NCBI RefSeq assembly: GCF_004010195.1
Contig: NC_057718.1
Location: 46,373,236 to 46,437,235 of the forward strand
DNA from: Chiloscyllium plagiosum
Taxonomy: Eukaryota
Direction: 5' to 3'
Length of the DNA: 64,000 bases
The translations under genes were made by a program, and so were the position numbers. A model generated the notes under the pieces. It saw nothing but the letters and a program-made list of their open reading frames with translations, was not told the origin of the DNA and did no database searches. Each line of letters begins with the position of its first letter. Position 1 is the stretch's first letter. Of the stretch, positions 40,382 to 53,210 are shown one piece after another.

Positions 40382-40477
40382 CTGCTGCACTACTGATCTG
40401 GCTTCCTTCGACATGTGATCTGGCATGTTTAGAGCTGTGTGTGTATTTATTCCAGCTGGATGGCACTGAAACAGAGG
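40382..40477 (-). CDS. RPS6KC1: RPS6KC1 penultimate coding exon
   Basis: ttctttgttacag|CCT CTG...CAG CAG|gtaatc; 96 bp, phase 0/0; PLFQCHPAGINTHTALNMPDHMSKEARSVVQQ vs RPS6KC1 TLVECHPAGINTHTTLNMPECVSEEARSLIQQ. Confidence 0.95.
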
Positions 40478-40573
40478 CTGTAACAAAGAAAATCAGCCAC
40501 CATCACTGAATACTATTCAGACATAATTGAAAATTCAAATTTGCAACGCAGCTCCCAACCCAGCTCTACTCAC

Positions 40574-40656
40574 TTTTCCAGTGAAGAGCTCAAACAAAAT
40601 TGCACCAAGACTCCACCAGTCACAAGCTTCAGTCTCTTCTGCTGTCCCACCAATCT
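40574..40656 (-). CDS. RPS6KC1: RPS6KC1 third-from-last coding exon (pseudokinase subdomains VIII-IX)
   Basis: Minus strand tcttttccacacag|AG ATT GGT...GGA AAA|gtgagt; 83 bp; translates (E)[27 protein letters not shown], matching RPS6KC1 [28 protein letters not shown] as recalled; canonical AG/GT sites. Confidence 0.95.
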
Positions 40657-40884
40657 CTGTGTGGAAAAGAAGTTACACGTTAACACATAGCTTTAATACA
40701 GTTCCAGTCTCTTATAAAAGATTCTTATAACCAAATGTTTGCACCATAATGGTGGCTGATGCCATGTCTAGTTTTCTGCAGACACTGGTTTTGCTACCCT
40801 TTTCCCTTAGTCCACCACTATCACAGTCAACAACAAAGCCCTCAGACTTTATTAAGATTGAGACAGTCTACTTGGCTACCTATA

Positions 40885-41711
40885 CATTCACGACTGTGGC
40901 CAAACTCCGCCCCAACTCCATTTACAAGTTTATTGATGGCACCACAGTTGTAGGTTGGATCTCAAATACGACAACACAGAATACAGGGAAGAGATTGAGT
41001 GCTTAGCGGCATGGTATAAAAACAACACTCTCTCCATCAACATCAATAAGATGGAGGAGCTGGTCATAGACTTCAAGAAGCAGAGTGGAGGGCACGCGGC
41101 TGTCTGCGTCAGTGGTGTTGTGGTGGCGATGGTAGAGAGGGTCAAGCTCCTGGGAGCGATGATCACCAACAATCTGTCCTGTCCACCCACATCAATGTGA
41201 CGGTCAAGAAAACACAAAGTCTCTATTTCCTCAGAAGCCTAAGAAAATTAAGCATGTCCACAAAGTATCTTACCAATTTTTATAGGATACTTTCTATGGT
41301 GCATCTATCTGGATGCATTACAGTGTGGTTTGGCAACTATTCTTTCCAATGCAAGAAACTACAGAGAGTCATGAACATAGCCCAGGTCATCACACAAACC
41401 AGCCTGCCACTGACTGACTCCAGCTAAACTTCCTGCAGCCTCAGGAAAGCGACCAACATAACTAAAGACCCCTCCCTCCCCTTCTGTCAAGCAGAAGATA
41501 TAAAAGTTTGAGTACATCTGCAAACAGATTCAAGAACAGCTTCTTCCCCGTTGTTATTGAACTTTTGAACAGACCTCTCCAAGGTTAATGCTGATCTCTC
41601 TCTCTCTCTGCAACAGCTCTGCGGCTGTAACCTGTATTCTGCGCTCTGCTCCGTTACCTGATGCACTTTATATGGTACCATTTGCCTGTACAGCACACAA
41701 AACAACATGTT
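40885..41711 (+). mobile_element. Rex1/Babar LINE 3' fragment
   Basis: NSIYKFIDGTTVVG (FADD-derived); EYREEIECLAAWYKNNTLSININKMEELVIDFKKQ; LYFLRSLRK; tail aataaatcaaatcaaa. Confidence 0.85.
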
Positions 41712-41759
41712 ACATTGTATCTCAGTACATGCCACAATAAATCAAATCAAAAACCTCGA

Positions 41760-42390
41760 ACCTTCATCAAAAGTGTCTCCCATATCCTTTATCACAAAGC
41801 TGTACTTTTTTTTTAATCTTCCCTGACCTTCATATCCTATCGCCAAGCACATCTACTACATGCAATCCATCCGCCGCTTCCTTGTCCACACTGACCTGCT
41901 GAACAATGTTTCCACATAGACCTCACACCAGCTGATATTGTAAACATCTCCCTTTCAAAGCTATCATAAATGGCCCCCTCAAAAAAATACAGACCTTTGA
42001 TTTTTCTACTCTTGCAAATTATCGCTCAACCTTAAAACTACCTTCCTTCTTCAAGTCCTTGAAAGTAGTGTTGACTCTGAAAGTGTCCACCTTTCCCGCA
42101 ACTCTGTATTTGAAACTATGTAATGGGTTTGACACCCTGCTAATAACATTAAAATGTCCCTAATGAAAGTTACAAATGAGTCTTCCCTCGATTGTATTGT
42201 GGTGCATTATCTTGCACATTTTCCTGAATGTCAAATACTGTAAAGACGGTCACTCACACCAATGCCTCCCCTCTATTTTCAAGTTTAAAAGGTACTGTCT
42301 TTGTTGGATGCTACTCTTTCACCAGGTGAACTTCGCAAAGCATATCCTGCAATGGTTTCTCTTTTTTCCCCACACACCGTTACCTCAGGA
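41760..42390 (+). mobile_element. L2-like LINE RT-region fragment
   Basis: cttgcaaattatcgctcaacc...ccttccttcttcaagtccttgaaagtag, i.e. an NYRPI...KVLE-like RT motif; very decayed. Confidence 0.45.
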
Positions 42391-42710
42391 CAGTGCTTGG
42401 TAAATACAGAGCTTCAAAAGATAAATGGATAACATGGATAAATATGACTAAGGTAGATGAACAGCCATGAACTGGAATGGAGGAACAGGTTTGAAGGGCC
42501 TATGACTGTTCCAAAACGCAGGCTATTTTTCTGGACTCTAGCCAAGAGAAAGTAATATCTGTGCGTTCTTGCATGCATAAAACTATTCCGCACCACCACA
42601 AATTGTTTAATTGTCCTATTGGGTGAGATACTGACTTTTACTGATTTAAGTCTAAGCAAATTAGTTTGGCTCAATTAGCAGAACTGTTTCTTTGAAGTGA
42701 AAGGATAATT

Positions 42711-42995
42711 TAAGACCATAAGACATAGGAGCGGAAGTAAGGCCATTCGGCCCATCGAGTCCACTCCGCCATTCAATCATGGCTGATGGGCATTTCAACT
42801 CCACTTACCCGCATTCTCCCCGTAGCCCTTAAATTCTTGATGTCACAAGGAATTATCAATTTCTGCCTTGAAGACATTTAGAGTCCCAGCCTCCACTGCA
42901 CTCTGTGGCAATGAATTCCACAGGCCCACCACTCTCTGGCTGAAGAAATGTCTATGCATTTCTGTTCTGAATTTACCCCCTCTAATTCTAAGGCT
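42711..42995 (-). mobile_element. Relatively young CR1 3' end
   Basis: taagaccataagacataggagcggaagtaaggccattcggcccatcgag with CpGs retained. Confidence 0.85.
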
Positions 42996-43479
42996 CCTAA
43001 AACATAGGAGCAGAAGACGGCCATTCAGCCCATTTAGGTTGCTTGGCCATTTAATGAGGGCACGGTTGATCTTTTAAACTTTGACTCCGCTTTCCTGCAT
43101 TCCACACCTACCCCCACCCCCGCCCAAGACTGTCTTCAATTCCCTTTTAGCTTCTATTATTCTTTTTTGTTAAATATATTTTTTACTGAAAAAAAGAAAA
43201 AAAGTTTTTTTAATATTACAACAAATACAAAGCCAAACAATTCAAATGAATGCAAAACAAACTATTAATTGCATAAATAAATAACTAAAAAAAAAGGAAA
43301 ATCATAATAATAATAACAATAACACAACTCAACAAAACAAAGCAATATCCCTCAACCAACAAACACAAATTTATACATATTCATATGTTCGCAGTTCCTT
43401 CTCTCTGGATACCAAATTCATTAGACAGAATTGTTAAGGTTATATAAAGGCTCTTATTAATATGGCAGACAAATCTGTA

Positions 43480-46400
43480 CCCAAGTAGTCCTAAAAGGGC
43501 TGCCACATCTTATAAAAATTCTCAGTTTTATGGTGCACCATACTCGTAAGCAAGTCTAATGGGATGCGTTCCATGACTAACTTATGCCAGCCCAACAGCC
43601 CCAGGGGGGTTTTCAGACACCCACCCTAACAGAATGTTCTTTCTTGCACAAAAAGTGAGGAGACTGAAAAGCCTTTTTTTGTGTGCATCTAATGGAAGTG
43701 AATTAATAGGACCAAGAAGAGGAGATACCGGGTCCACCTCCATCTCTGTCCCCAAGAGCCTCTTTATTCCGTCTATCACAGCACTCCAGTATGGCCACCG
43801 CCCGTGGCAGGACCAGAGACAATGAGTCAGCATGCGCATACTCACTTTGCATTTAGGACACATCGCAGATGCAAGGTGATCTGCAGCCAAGTGGACCCTG
43901 TGGAGAATCTTCAATTGCAAGGTTGGAGTCCTGTTGCAAATTGAGATCCTTCTTGCATTTTCCCAGATATCCTCCCATGTTTCAGAAGAAATCTCAACAT
44001 CCAGTTCCCTCTCCCAAACTTTACAGAGCCGTTCAGACTCGTCCAAGTGACCCTCTCCCAATAGGTGAGAAACATGGCCGACAAAGTGTACCCTCAGCAC
44101 TCGCTTCGCCATTTCAGAGCTGTAAGAATCAGATGGAAGTGTGGTCTCTTTTTGTTCGAAATTTCTAATTTGAAGAAAACAGAAGAGGTCCGTACTGGGC
44201 AACTCATATTTCCGAGCCAACTGGTCAAAAGACATTCGTATGCCCCCTGCAAATAACTCACCCAGGCAAGACACGCCCCTAGTTGCCCATAGTTTAAACC
44301 CCGAATCCATCATCCCTGGCTGAAAACCTGGCATACCAACTAGGAGTGTAAAAAAATGATGTTTTGGCAAAATTGCCCTCACTCTGATGCATTGCCCTCC
44401 ACGCTTTGACGGTATTAATAAACTATTGGGTTACAGCAATACTCGTAAACTGTCCTCATTTTGTCCCAGAACAGCAAGCTAGTAAGGGGGCATCTTTCCT
44501 GAGAAGCTTCGATGTCCAACCAAAATGAGTCAGGATCCCCCCTGGCCCAATCATTCACGTAAAATAACAATGAGCGTAATTGATTATTTCTGATATCTGG
44601 GAGGCCTACTCCTCCCAGCCTGGAAGGTAACTGCAGTTCAGATCAGTTTAATTAGGGGTCGCTTGCGATACCAGATAAAAGAACTAAACCAGCCATTCAG
44701 CCTTCTAAATATTTGCTTCATAAAAAGCAGAGGGCCATTTACATAAGATACAACAGGCGGGGCAGAATGATAATTTTAATGAGGGCTATCTGACCTAACC
44801 AAGAGATCGGAAGCGCCTTCCATCTACAAAGGCTCTGCTTGATCCTGTCGAATAAATGGACAAAATTGGTTTTAAATACCCAATCAAAGACGGGAGCAAT
44901 GAACATACCCAAGTAGAGAAAGCCCTCCTACAACTACCCAAAAGGAAAATCGCGATTCGCCCTCAGAATCAGGTATTTTCAAAAGACCATCCATGGGCAT
45001 GGCCTCTGATTTCTCAAAGTTGACCTTTTAAACCAAAAAGCCACCAAATAAATTACTGCATTGTATCAGATGTGGCACGGAAACTGTTGGTTTGATAAGA
45101 CGACAAGCATGTCATCCGCTTATAATGCAATCTTATGTGACTTTGTCCCCACTTCTGGAGTGGGGATATTGGAATCCCTATATATTGCCATTGCCAGTGG
45201 TTTGATCACCAATGTGAAAAGCAACGGTGATAAGGGCAGCCTTGTCAACTGCCCCTACGAATGTTAAAATTGCTTGACCGCACACCATTGGTGAGGACTG
45301 TGGCAAGAGGGTCACTACCCTGATAAAAGCCTCACCCAGGCCAAACCGCTTTAAAGTATAAAAAAGATATGGCCACTCGACCCAGTCAAATGCCTTTTCC
45401 ACGTCTAAAGAGATCACTAATCCCTGTACCGATTGCTGTTAACATACCTGGACCATGTTAGGCAACCTCCTGACATTATTCAACAAGCTGTGTCCTTTAA
45501 TACACCCCGCCTGGTCCTCATTAATGATGGAGGACAGTACAGTTTCTAGCCTTCGTGTCAAAATCTTAGATAGGATTTTGAAATTGACATTCAGGAATGA
45601 AATGTGCCTATCAGAAGCGCAATTTTCCGGTGCCTTCCCTTTTTTTTTAAAAAGGTGAGAGAGATGTTCGCCTCTCCTAGCGATACTGGGAGGAGGGCAT
45701 GACTGTGTGAGTCATTAAACATACTAAGCATTGGTCCTGACAACATACTTACAAATTCCTTCTAGAACTCACTGGGGAGCCTGTCAGGACCAGGCGCCTT
45801 TCCGTTCTAGAGCTGCCTTAGTCTCCTGCACCTCCTGCTCTGACAACTGGGCATTAAGGACAGACTCTTGTCCAGGGGTCACTCATGGAAGGTCCAAACT
45901 TTTTATTAAAAAAGCACTCCATCCTAATCCAGCCATCCTCACAACTTTCAGACTGGTGTAGTTCAGAGTTAAATTTCCAAACTACTGCATTAATCCCTTT
46001 AGAATCAGAGTCGAATTTCCAGTGTCCTCCCTGATCAAGGTAATGGCATGGGGAGCACTCCTTTTCCTGGCAAGGTACCGTACGTACTTGCCCAGCTTAT
46101 CCCCATGCTCAAACAGCCTTTGACTTGCAAATGTAAGCTCCCTGTTGGCTGTCCATATGAGCATGGAGCTCAGTGTGGACCGAAACGCTGTGATCCTCTG
46201 CAGTTTAGCCTGTCAAAGTATACCTTTTCAGCTGCTTTTAGATATGTCTCAAGCAAGCGTTGCTGCTCACACATTTGCTGTTTCTTACTGGCTGAATAGG
46301 AAACAGCTAACCCCCTAGCATAGGCTTTAGCAGTTTTTTAGAGAATGGATGGATTACTGGCAGAGCCTGAATTAAATGTCTAAAAAAGCCTTGAACTCAG

Positions 46401-46800
46401 TCGAAAAGAATTCAGTAAAAGTACTATCCTCGAGGATGAAGGAGTCCAGTTGCCAATGCCTCAAACCTACCATAGTATCCTTACTCTTGACCATTAGATC
46501 CACTGGGGTGTGATCAGAAATAGTGATAATGCCAATTGTACATGACACCACCATTCTTTCTAACTAGAATGGCCACCTCTTTACTCTTTGTATTAAAAGA
46601 TGAGAAATAAACTCGGTCATTACCATTCTGTTGTAGTTTCAAATGCTCTGCATCATCTAGGTGTTTCTTGCAATAAGGCAACATCCACCCTCTTCCTTTT
46701 AAGACTGGAAAGTACCTTCCTCTTGACCAGCGAGTGACTCCCCTCAATGTTCCTGGTGCACCACTTGAACACATCCTCAGCCATAACCTTCTAGAGCACC
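43480..46800 (-). pseudogene. L1 ORF2p (APE, RT, Cys-rich tail), disrupted with internal deletions
   Basis: DVALLQET / ISDHTPV (APE); [24 protein letters not shown] at ~45110-45120 (RT); CPKCKVSMRMLTHCLWSC (C-terminal). Confidence 0.88.
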
Positions 46801-47324
46801 ATTTAGACTCCAGAGAGGGAGTATTTGAACTACAAATCACAACTTCAATGCAAGAAAATCCATAAAACCCAAAAACTACATAAACTAAAATAACTACAGC
46901 CAACAAAGCTACAAAATTTACAAAAACTATATATACCAAAAACAAACAAACAAAAAAAATCGCCAAAGGCACCGATTCAAGGAATTTACCCCATTTACAG
47001 GGGACACCTACACACCCCACAACCCTACTAATCATCCCAACCATCCTCTCAACTCTTACCAGCTAGGGTCATACCACATGCACTGGCAACCTGGTAGAAA
47101 AAAAAAACAAAAACAAGACTAGTACCATAAACAAGTAAGTTAAAAATAAAAATATTACCCATCCCTTGGTATAGCTTAGCTTAGAGATTAAAAGGTAAAT
47201 ACTCTATCCATCCAGAGCACAATTTAACGCAACTTATTACCAACAGAAAGGAGACTCCACTAAGTCCTCTTTAAAGGAGGACAAACCTGAACAGCTCCAT
47301 CCTATTCCTATTCGATCGCCTTAT

Positions 47325-48000
47325 TTAAGTCAGCATGTCCACAAAGTTCCTTGCTTTCGCTGGCGAGTCAAATAAATGTACAGATCCATTATGATTGATC
47401 CGAAGCACTGCTGGATATCTTAAAGAGTACTGGATCCCAAGCTCTCTCAATCTCTTCTTGACACCATCGTAGGACTTCCTTTTCCGGATCACCGCCGCCA
47501 AAAAGTCCTGAAAGAACGTGACCCTTGAGCGCCCACACACCAAAGCCCTTGGATACCTCCCCTGTGCTCTGGAAGCTTCCATGACTTTCTGCTTGTCTTT
47601 ATAATGACGGAACCTGACCAGGACAGGGCGGGTGCGCTGGTCCATACTTGGCTTTGGTGCTGTGACCTGGTGGGCTCTCTCAACCTTTATACTTCCCTTT
47701 TCAGCCTTCAAACTAAGGAATTCCGGGAACCACTTCTCAAAGAACTCTACCGGTCGCTCACCTTCCATCCCCCCCAGTGTGCCAACAACATGAAGGTTCT
47801 TTCTTCTGCCCCCGTTTGAGATCATCCACCAGATCCAACAAGCTACGGACCTGTGTTTCCAGGGCTTTAATCCAGCTTTTGGAGGAGTCAGTCTCTGCCT
47901 CTACTCCTGTGGCCCAGCACTCGAGTTCATCGGTCCTTTTCCCCCAGGTCTTGCAGCATAGCAGACACTGCAGCCAGTTTCTCATTGAGGTTTTTTCCCA
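47325..48000 (-). pseudogene. L1 ORF1p (coiled coil, RRM, CTD), frameshifted
   Basis: IKALETQVRSLLDLVDDL; GRRKNLHVVG...VERAHQV...RPVLVRF...FFQDF...LRYPAVLRI. Confidence 0.88.
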
Positions 48001-48346
48001 TCAGTCTGCTTCCCCAGGACCTCGCAGACTTGGCCAGTTCCTCAAACAGGAGCTGGTGAGTAAGCAAGCCTGCTGCTCAGTGGGCTAGGCCATAGCCCAG
48101 GCCCCAGGCGAGCTTCCTCCTTTCTTCAGCATTCTCTTCTGCATAAAAACAAAGGTAAATAACCTTTTTCAGGTTCTCTAGCTCTTTTACTGTGTTTTTA
48201 CTCACAGTAATGTGGATGGGGCGGGTTCCGGCTCTGTCCTGTCGATGTCGCGGCGCGGAGCCCAGCAAACACGATCCTATCAGGACGCTGCCATCTTGAA
48301 TCCCAACCACCACCACCATCGCCACCCCCCCGCCTCGATTATTCTT

Positions 48347-49470
48347 AACTCTGACAGCTCTCTGTGGTAAAGAATTCCACAGATACACTACCCTCGTAAG
48401 GAATTCCTCATCTTAGTCTTAAATAAGACTATGCCATCTGATCCTCAACTCTCCTACAAGGGGAAAACAATCTTTCTGCATCACTGTGTGTTTCAATGAG
48501 GTTTCCCTCATTCTTCTCAACTTCAAATGTGTGTAGGCCCAGTCTACCCAACCTCACTTCATATGAAACTTCCTCCATTCCAGAGATGACCGAGGGAACA
48601 TTCTCTGGCCTGCCTCCAAAGTCAGTATATCTTTCCATAAATAAAGGGATCAAAATTGTTTACAGTATTTTATTTGCAGTCTAACTAGGACCTTATATAA
48701 GTTTAGCAAGACTTTCTTATTTTTATACCCCGCTTCCTTTGAAATAAAGGCTTATATTTTATTTACCACCCATATTACTCATTAAACTTGGATGCTAGCT
48801 TTTTGTAATGCATGCGTGTGGGCCCACAAATCCCTTTGTGCTGCAGTCTTTCTCCAATTAAACAATATTCAGCTCCTCTATTCTGTCCAACAAAATGAAT
48901 AACCTCACATTTCCCCACATTATATTGAATCTGCGAAAGTTTTCCCCTTCACTCATGTAACCTGTCTATATCCACCTCTAGATGCTGTCTCATTCTCACT
49001 ACTGGCCTTCCCACCTATTTTCCTCTTCTACAAATCTGGTTATGGTATATACACTTCCCTCATCCATGTTACTAACACAGACTGTAAATAATTGTGGTTC
49101 CAGCACTGAGCCCTGTAGCATTTGACTTGCCACAGATCGCCATCCTGAAAATGCTCCCACTTACCCCAACTCTGTCCTTTACGAGTTAATCAATATAGTA
49201 AGACCCCACCCAGTATCATAGGTTCTCGTCTTATTACGTAGCATCATGTGTGATATGTTATTGAATGTCTTTTGGAAATCCAAACATCTTATGTCTACTG
49301 TTTCCCCTTTATCAATCCTATTTATTGCCTCCTCAAAGAATTTAAATAAATTGGTCAGGCATGTTTGGCCCCTCATGATGCAATGCTGACTCTGCTTGAC
49401 TATATTTTGGACTTCTAAATACTACAGTATTACAACCATCATATTAGATTCTAACATTTTCCAAATGACA
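48347..49470 (-). mobile_element. Old CR1 LINE split by the L1 insertion (3' remainder at 42996-43150)
   Basis: CLTNLFKFFEEAINRIDKGETVDIRCLDFQKTF; LGRLGLHTFE; LWNSLPQRAV. Confidence 0.8.
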
Positions 49471-51685
49471 TAATAATTCTTTGCAATCCAACCTGAGATT
49501 AGCAAGTACTGAGGATCCCTTCTTGACAGTTCTCAGTTAAGGGATGGCAAGACTGAGGGCTCCCAGAGGAAAACTGGGAAAGCCCAAGATGGAAACATAC
49601 TTGATGCTTCTGGCACCCAAGAGATTCAAAGGGAGATAAGACTTTAAAGTTACATTGATCATTTTGGCTGGTCAGCTCCTCCTCTCATATTTCTGTTTCG
49701 AGGTAACACTGAGCACAAACATTCACTTCCTGAATGTTTATTGCAGTGTCTGTAGCACATTTTTGTTCTGCAACTTTTGAATCTTAAGTAGACCTTGCAT
49801 GCTTTTAACAAGCACTCCAGAACCAGAATTACTGCTGGAATTACAGCGGCTGAGAGCAGGCAGATTAGAAGTGACAGGTTAAAGTCAAGGCCATAACATC
49901 AGTGTGTTATTGACAGTAAATTGGACAGACATCATGAAACACCTTGCCTCAGGTGTTCAGCTTATCAGCAGCAAAAGGGCTTTCAGAACAATGCATTACC
50001 AAATGCTTTGGGCACAAGGTAACACTATATGGTTAAAGGCTTTTTTGTCCCATCTAATAGACCAATTTAGGATATATTAGTTAATGTGGAATTTCAGCTG
50101 TACATTAATTCAGTTCATTCATACCGCTTTGCTCAGAAAGTGCCAAGTCAGGTGCCCACTGTTTACCATTATCAGAATTCACTACTGATTTTTAACAAAG
50201 CCGTTTTAATTATAATACTTCTCATTTCTTTCTGGATATGTGGTGAGAAGACACCATTTAATAAACATCAACTCAGGATTCTGACTGAATTCTCCATGAA
50301 TATATTAATTCACCAGCACAGTGCTTGCTTACAGCAGTACATTTTGATATTTTGTGCTGAAGTCGCTTGAAGCGCAATAAGAAACCCCAGAAGTTAAGAT
50401 CACATGGAGGCTCCAGAAAACTCCAGAAATTCTCAGGCGTGAATGAGTTAAGAAAGACAGACTCAGTATTAAAGTGAATTTGCCAGTGGGTGTATTATAT
50501 AAATGTAAGTTTGAGAACGAGCCAAAAAAATTCAATGTCAACTCAGAAAGAGGAAGACTGTTGTTGAAGTAAAACATTTCGTGATTATCAGCATGGTGAG
50601 ACAGCTTCCGTTTTCATATGAAGGAGTTCCACCTGTCCTTTAAGAAAAATATTTTCATGCAACGGAAGAAACTACACACTTCCCAATAAGATATTGATAC
50701 TTCCCCAAAAGTGATGAAAGCAAATGAGTTAAGAGACTAAGAGAGATTTTTATTACTTATTATGTTCAACGTTGCCTAATTCAAATAAGAGGAAGAATAG
50801 CTATTCATTTCAGAGAAACAACGTACCATTGTTCTTTAAAAAAAAAGGTGCCCAAGAATATTTTCTCCTTCACAGCAACTTCTTACCACCTTAAATAAAC
50901 TGTCAAATTCGACTAACTAATCCTAATTCTAAATGAAAAAAAAACTATTGCAGAGCTATTAATTACAATTTTGTCTTATTTATATATATTTTATTTAAAT
51001 AATGATTGTTGATAACATTAGAAAGAATGGGTTTCTGTCATAACTTAATCCCCCCCAATCATAGAGAAATGAACTAAAATATTGGTTACAATGGTTATTA
51101 ATCTCAGTTCTAAGCAATTGTAACTTCAGCTGTGAATGTTATAGGTAAAGTCTTCTGTGCAATGAAGAACATTAAGATGAAGAAAACAAAGTGGAACAAT
51201 ATTATCAATTGACTTAAGATAAATTACTATTTTTGCTGCTCTGATGTAAAGTCTACTGAATCACATACAGATGAGGAAGGCCATTTGGCCCATCTTAATT
51301 CATCCACAATGATGCCCAGGAGTCTGACATTCCATAATACTTTTCTTCAATAATTCGAGGATTCACAGCTAGCCTCCTTTGCTCAGGTAACTATTCCAGG
51401 TATTGATCACGCCGTGAGGAAAACCTTCTGACAAACAATCCCAAAGTTACTTTTTACTTGTGTTGTTCAGTGTTCCTTGTCCGACATCTACAGTTTAAAT
51501 TAACCCTTTCTATACCATTTACTATATCATATACTTTTACCTTCTTAAATACCTCATTGAGTAATAAAGTAAATTGCATTCATAAAGTGACTTCAAGGTA
51601 ATAAAACATTCAAAGATGCTTCACAGTTGCCATATCATTGGACATGATCATAATATCATTGGCCGAGTGATCCAGGGGACCAGAC

Positions 51686-51932
51686 AGCATGGTGGCTCTG
51701 AGGTTAGCACCGGGTTCAATTCCAGCCTCCATATGTCTATGTGGGGTTCCTCTGGGTGCTCTGGCCTCCTCCCAGTTCAAAGGTATGCAGGTTAGGTGGA
51801 TTAGCCATGGGAAATGCAGGGTCACAGGGACAGGGCCAGGGATGGGTTGGCTCTGGGTGGAATGCTCTTTGGAATGTTGGTACAGATTCAACGGGCCAAA
51901 TGACTTGCTTCCACGCTGTAGGGATTCTATGA
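51686..51932 (+). mobile_element. HE1-like SINE
   Basis: gcatggtggctctgaggttagcac...gcaggttaggtggattagccatggg...ctgtagggattctatga. Confidence 0.85.
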
Positions 51933-52063
51933 ACTATTGCTCTGGGGACATGGGCTCAAATTCCCCTAGGGCAGCTGATGGAATTAAATTCAGTTAAAAT
52001 CTCGAATTAAAGGTGGTTGTAGTAACAATGAACATGGCATTACCAATTGCCTTAAAAATCCAT

Positions 52064-52272
52064 TTCAAGGTTGTGGTGCTGGAAAAGCACAACAGGTCAG
52101 GCAGCCTCTGAGGAGCAGGAGAATCAACGGTTTCGGCAAAAGCCCTTCATCAGGCTTATGCTTGAAATGTCGATTCTCCTGCTCCTCGGATGCTGCCTGA
52201 CCTGCTGTGCTTTTTCCAGCACCATACTCTCGACTCTGATCTCCAGCATCTGCAGTCCTCAGTTGCTCCTAG
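52064..52272. mobile_element. Palindromic PLE-derived mini-element with 11-bp TSD
   Basis: Inverted arms; minus-strand cctgatgaagggcttttgccgaaacc; TSD taaaa(a/g)tccat at 52053-52063 and 52273-52283. Confidence 0.85.
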
Positions 52273-52979
52273 TAAAAGTCCATCCGCTTCACTAAATCTG
52301 CTGTTTCTACCAGTCTAGCCTACACGCGACTCTCGACACACAGTAACGTGGTTGACTCTTCAATGGCCTAACAAGCCAGTCAATTCAAGGTCAATTATGA
52401 CCAGATGATAAAAGGATGCCTTTGTCAGTGATGCCCATTTCTCATGAAAGAATAAAGAAAATAAAAATGGACACTGAGCTACATAAACAATACTAGATAA
52501 GATGGCCAAATGCACTATCAAAGAGAAACTCCTTTAAGAAGTAAGGATCTTAAAATGAGTTAAGAAAACCCAAAAGATTTTGGGAGGAAATTCCAGAGCC
52601 TAAGGCCCTGGCACTTGAGGCATGGTCGCCAATGGTGAAGCAGTTAAAAAAGGGCAAACTCTGGAGGCCTATGTTAAAGCTGTACAAATACCTGAAGATT
52701 GTAGGGCCAGATACTGGTCGAGAGGGGTGAAACCGCAAAGGAATTTGACAGGGATGAAAATTTTAAACCAAGGTATTGCTTAATCCAATATTGGTCAGTG
52801 CTCAGGGAGCTAGGTAAATTGAACTGGTGTGAATTAAGATATTGGCAGCAGGTTTGGATGAGCTGAATTTTATAAAAAGGGTAAAATGTGAAAGGCTAGC
52901 CAGGAGTGCATTGAAATAGCCAAGTATTACCAAACAAAAATGAAGGTTTCAACAGCACATGAGCTAAGGTGAGGTGAAG

Positions 52980-53210
52980 AGTCAAGGGTCGAGTGGTGCT
53001 AGAAAAGTACAGCAGGCCAGGCAGCATCTGCGGAGCAGGAAAATCAATGTTTTGGGCAATAGCCCTTCATCAGGTAGTCCTGAAGAAGGACTTTTGCCCG
53101 AAACGTCTATTTTCCTGTTCCTCGGATGCTGCCTGGCCTGCTGTGCTGTTCCAGCACTACTCTAATCTAGACTCTAATGTCCAGCATCTGCGGGTCCCAT
53201 TACGCCTGAA
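52980..53210. mobile_element. Palindromic PLE-derived mini-element with two opposed hammerhead cores and 11-bp TSD
   Basis: TSD gtgaggtgaag at 52969-52979 and 53211-53221; centre ...agcccttcatcagg tagt cctgaagaaggacttttgcccgaaacgtc. Confidence 0.88.
53080..53107 (+). ncRNA. Minimal type I hammerhead ribozyme core
   Basis: CTGAAGA-a-GGAC tttt GCCC-GAAA-CGTC; GUC cleavage triplet; one helix II mismatch. Confidence 0.65.

Larger units (their letters stand above)
43165..48331 (-). mobile_element. Near full-length L1 (LINE-1 clade) element, decayed, with TSD
   Basis: ORF1 and ORF2 remnants, G-rich 5' end with CAAGATGGC, A-rich 3' end; TSD gc(t/c)tc(t/g)attattctt at 43150-43164 and 48332-48346. 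Confidence 0.9.
51640..52460 (+). mobile_element. tRNA-derived SINE interrupted by an HE1 SINE and a PLE hairpin
   Basis: Pieces 51640-51685, 51935-52063 and 52273-52460 are collinear with the reverse complement of 18785-19080. Confidence 0.6.

Noticed and set aside
50585..50650. Acceptor-like ttcttaaag|GA CAG GTG GAA CTC as an RPS6KC1 exon
   Set aside because: Reads GQVELLHMKTEAVSPC then stop; no real similarity to the expected exon.
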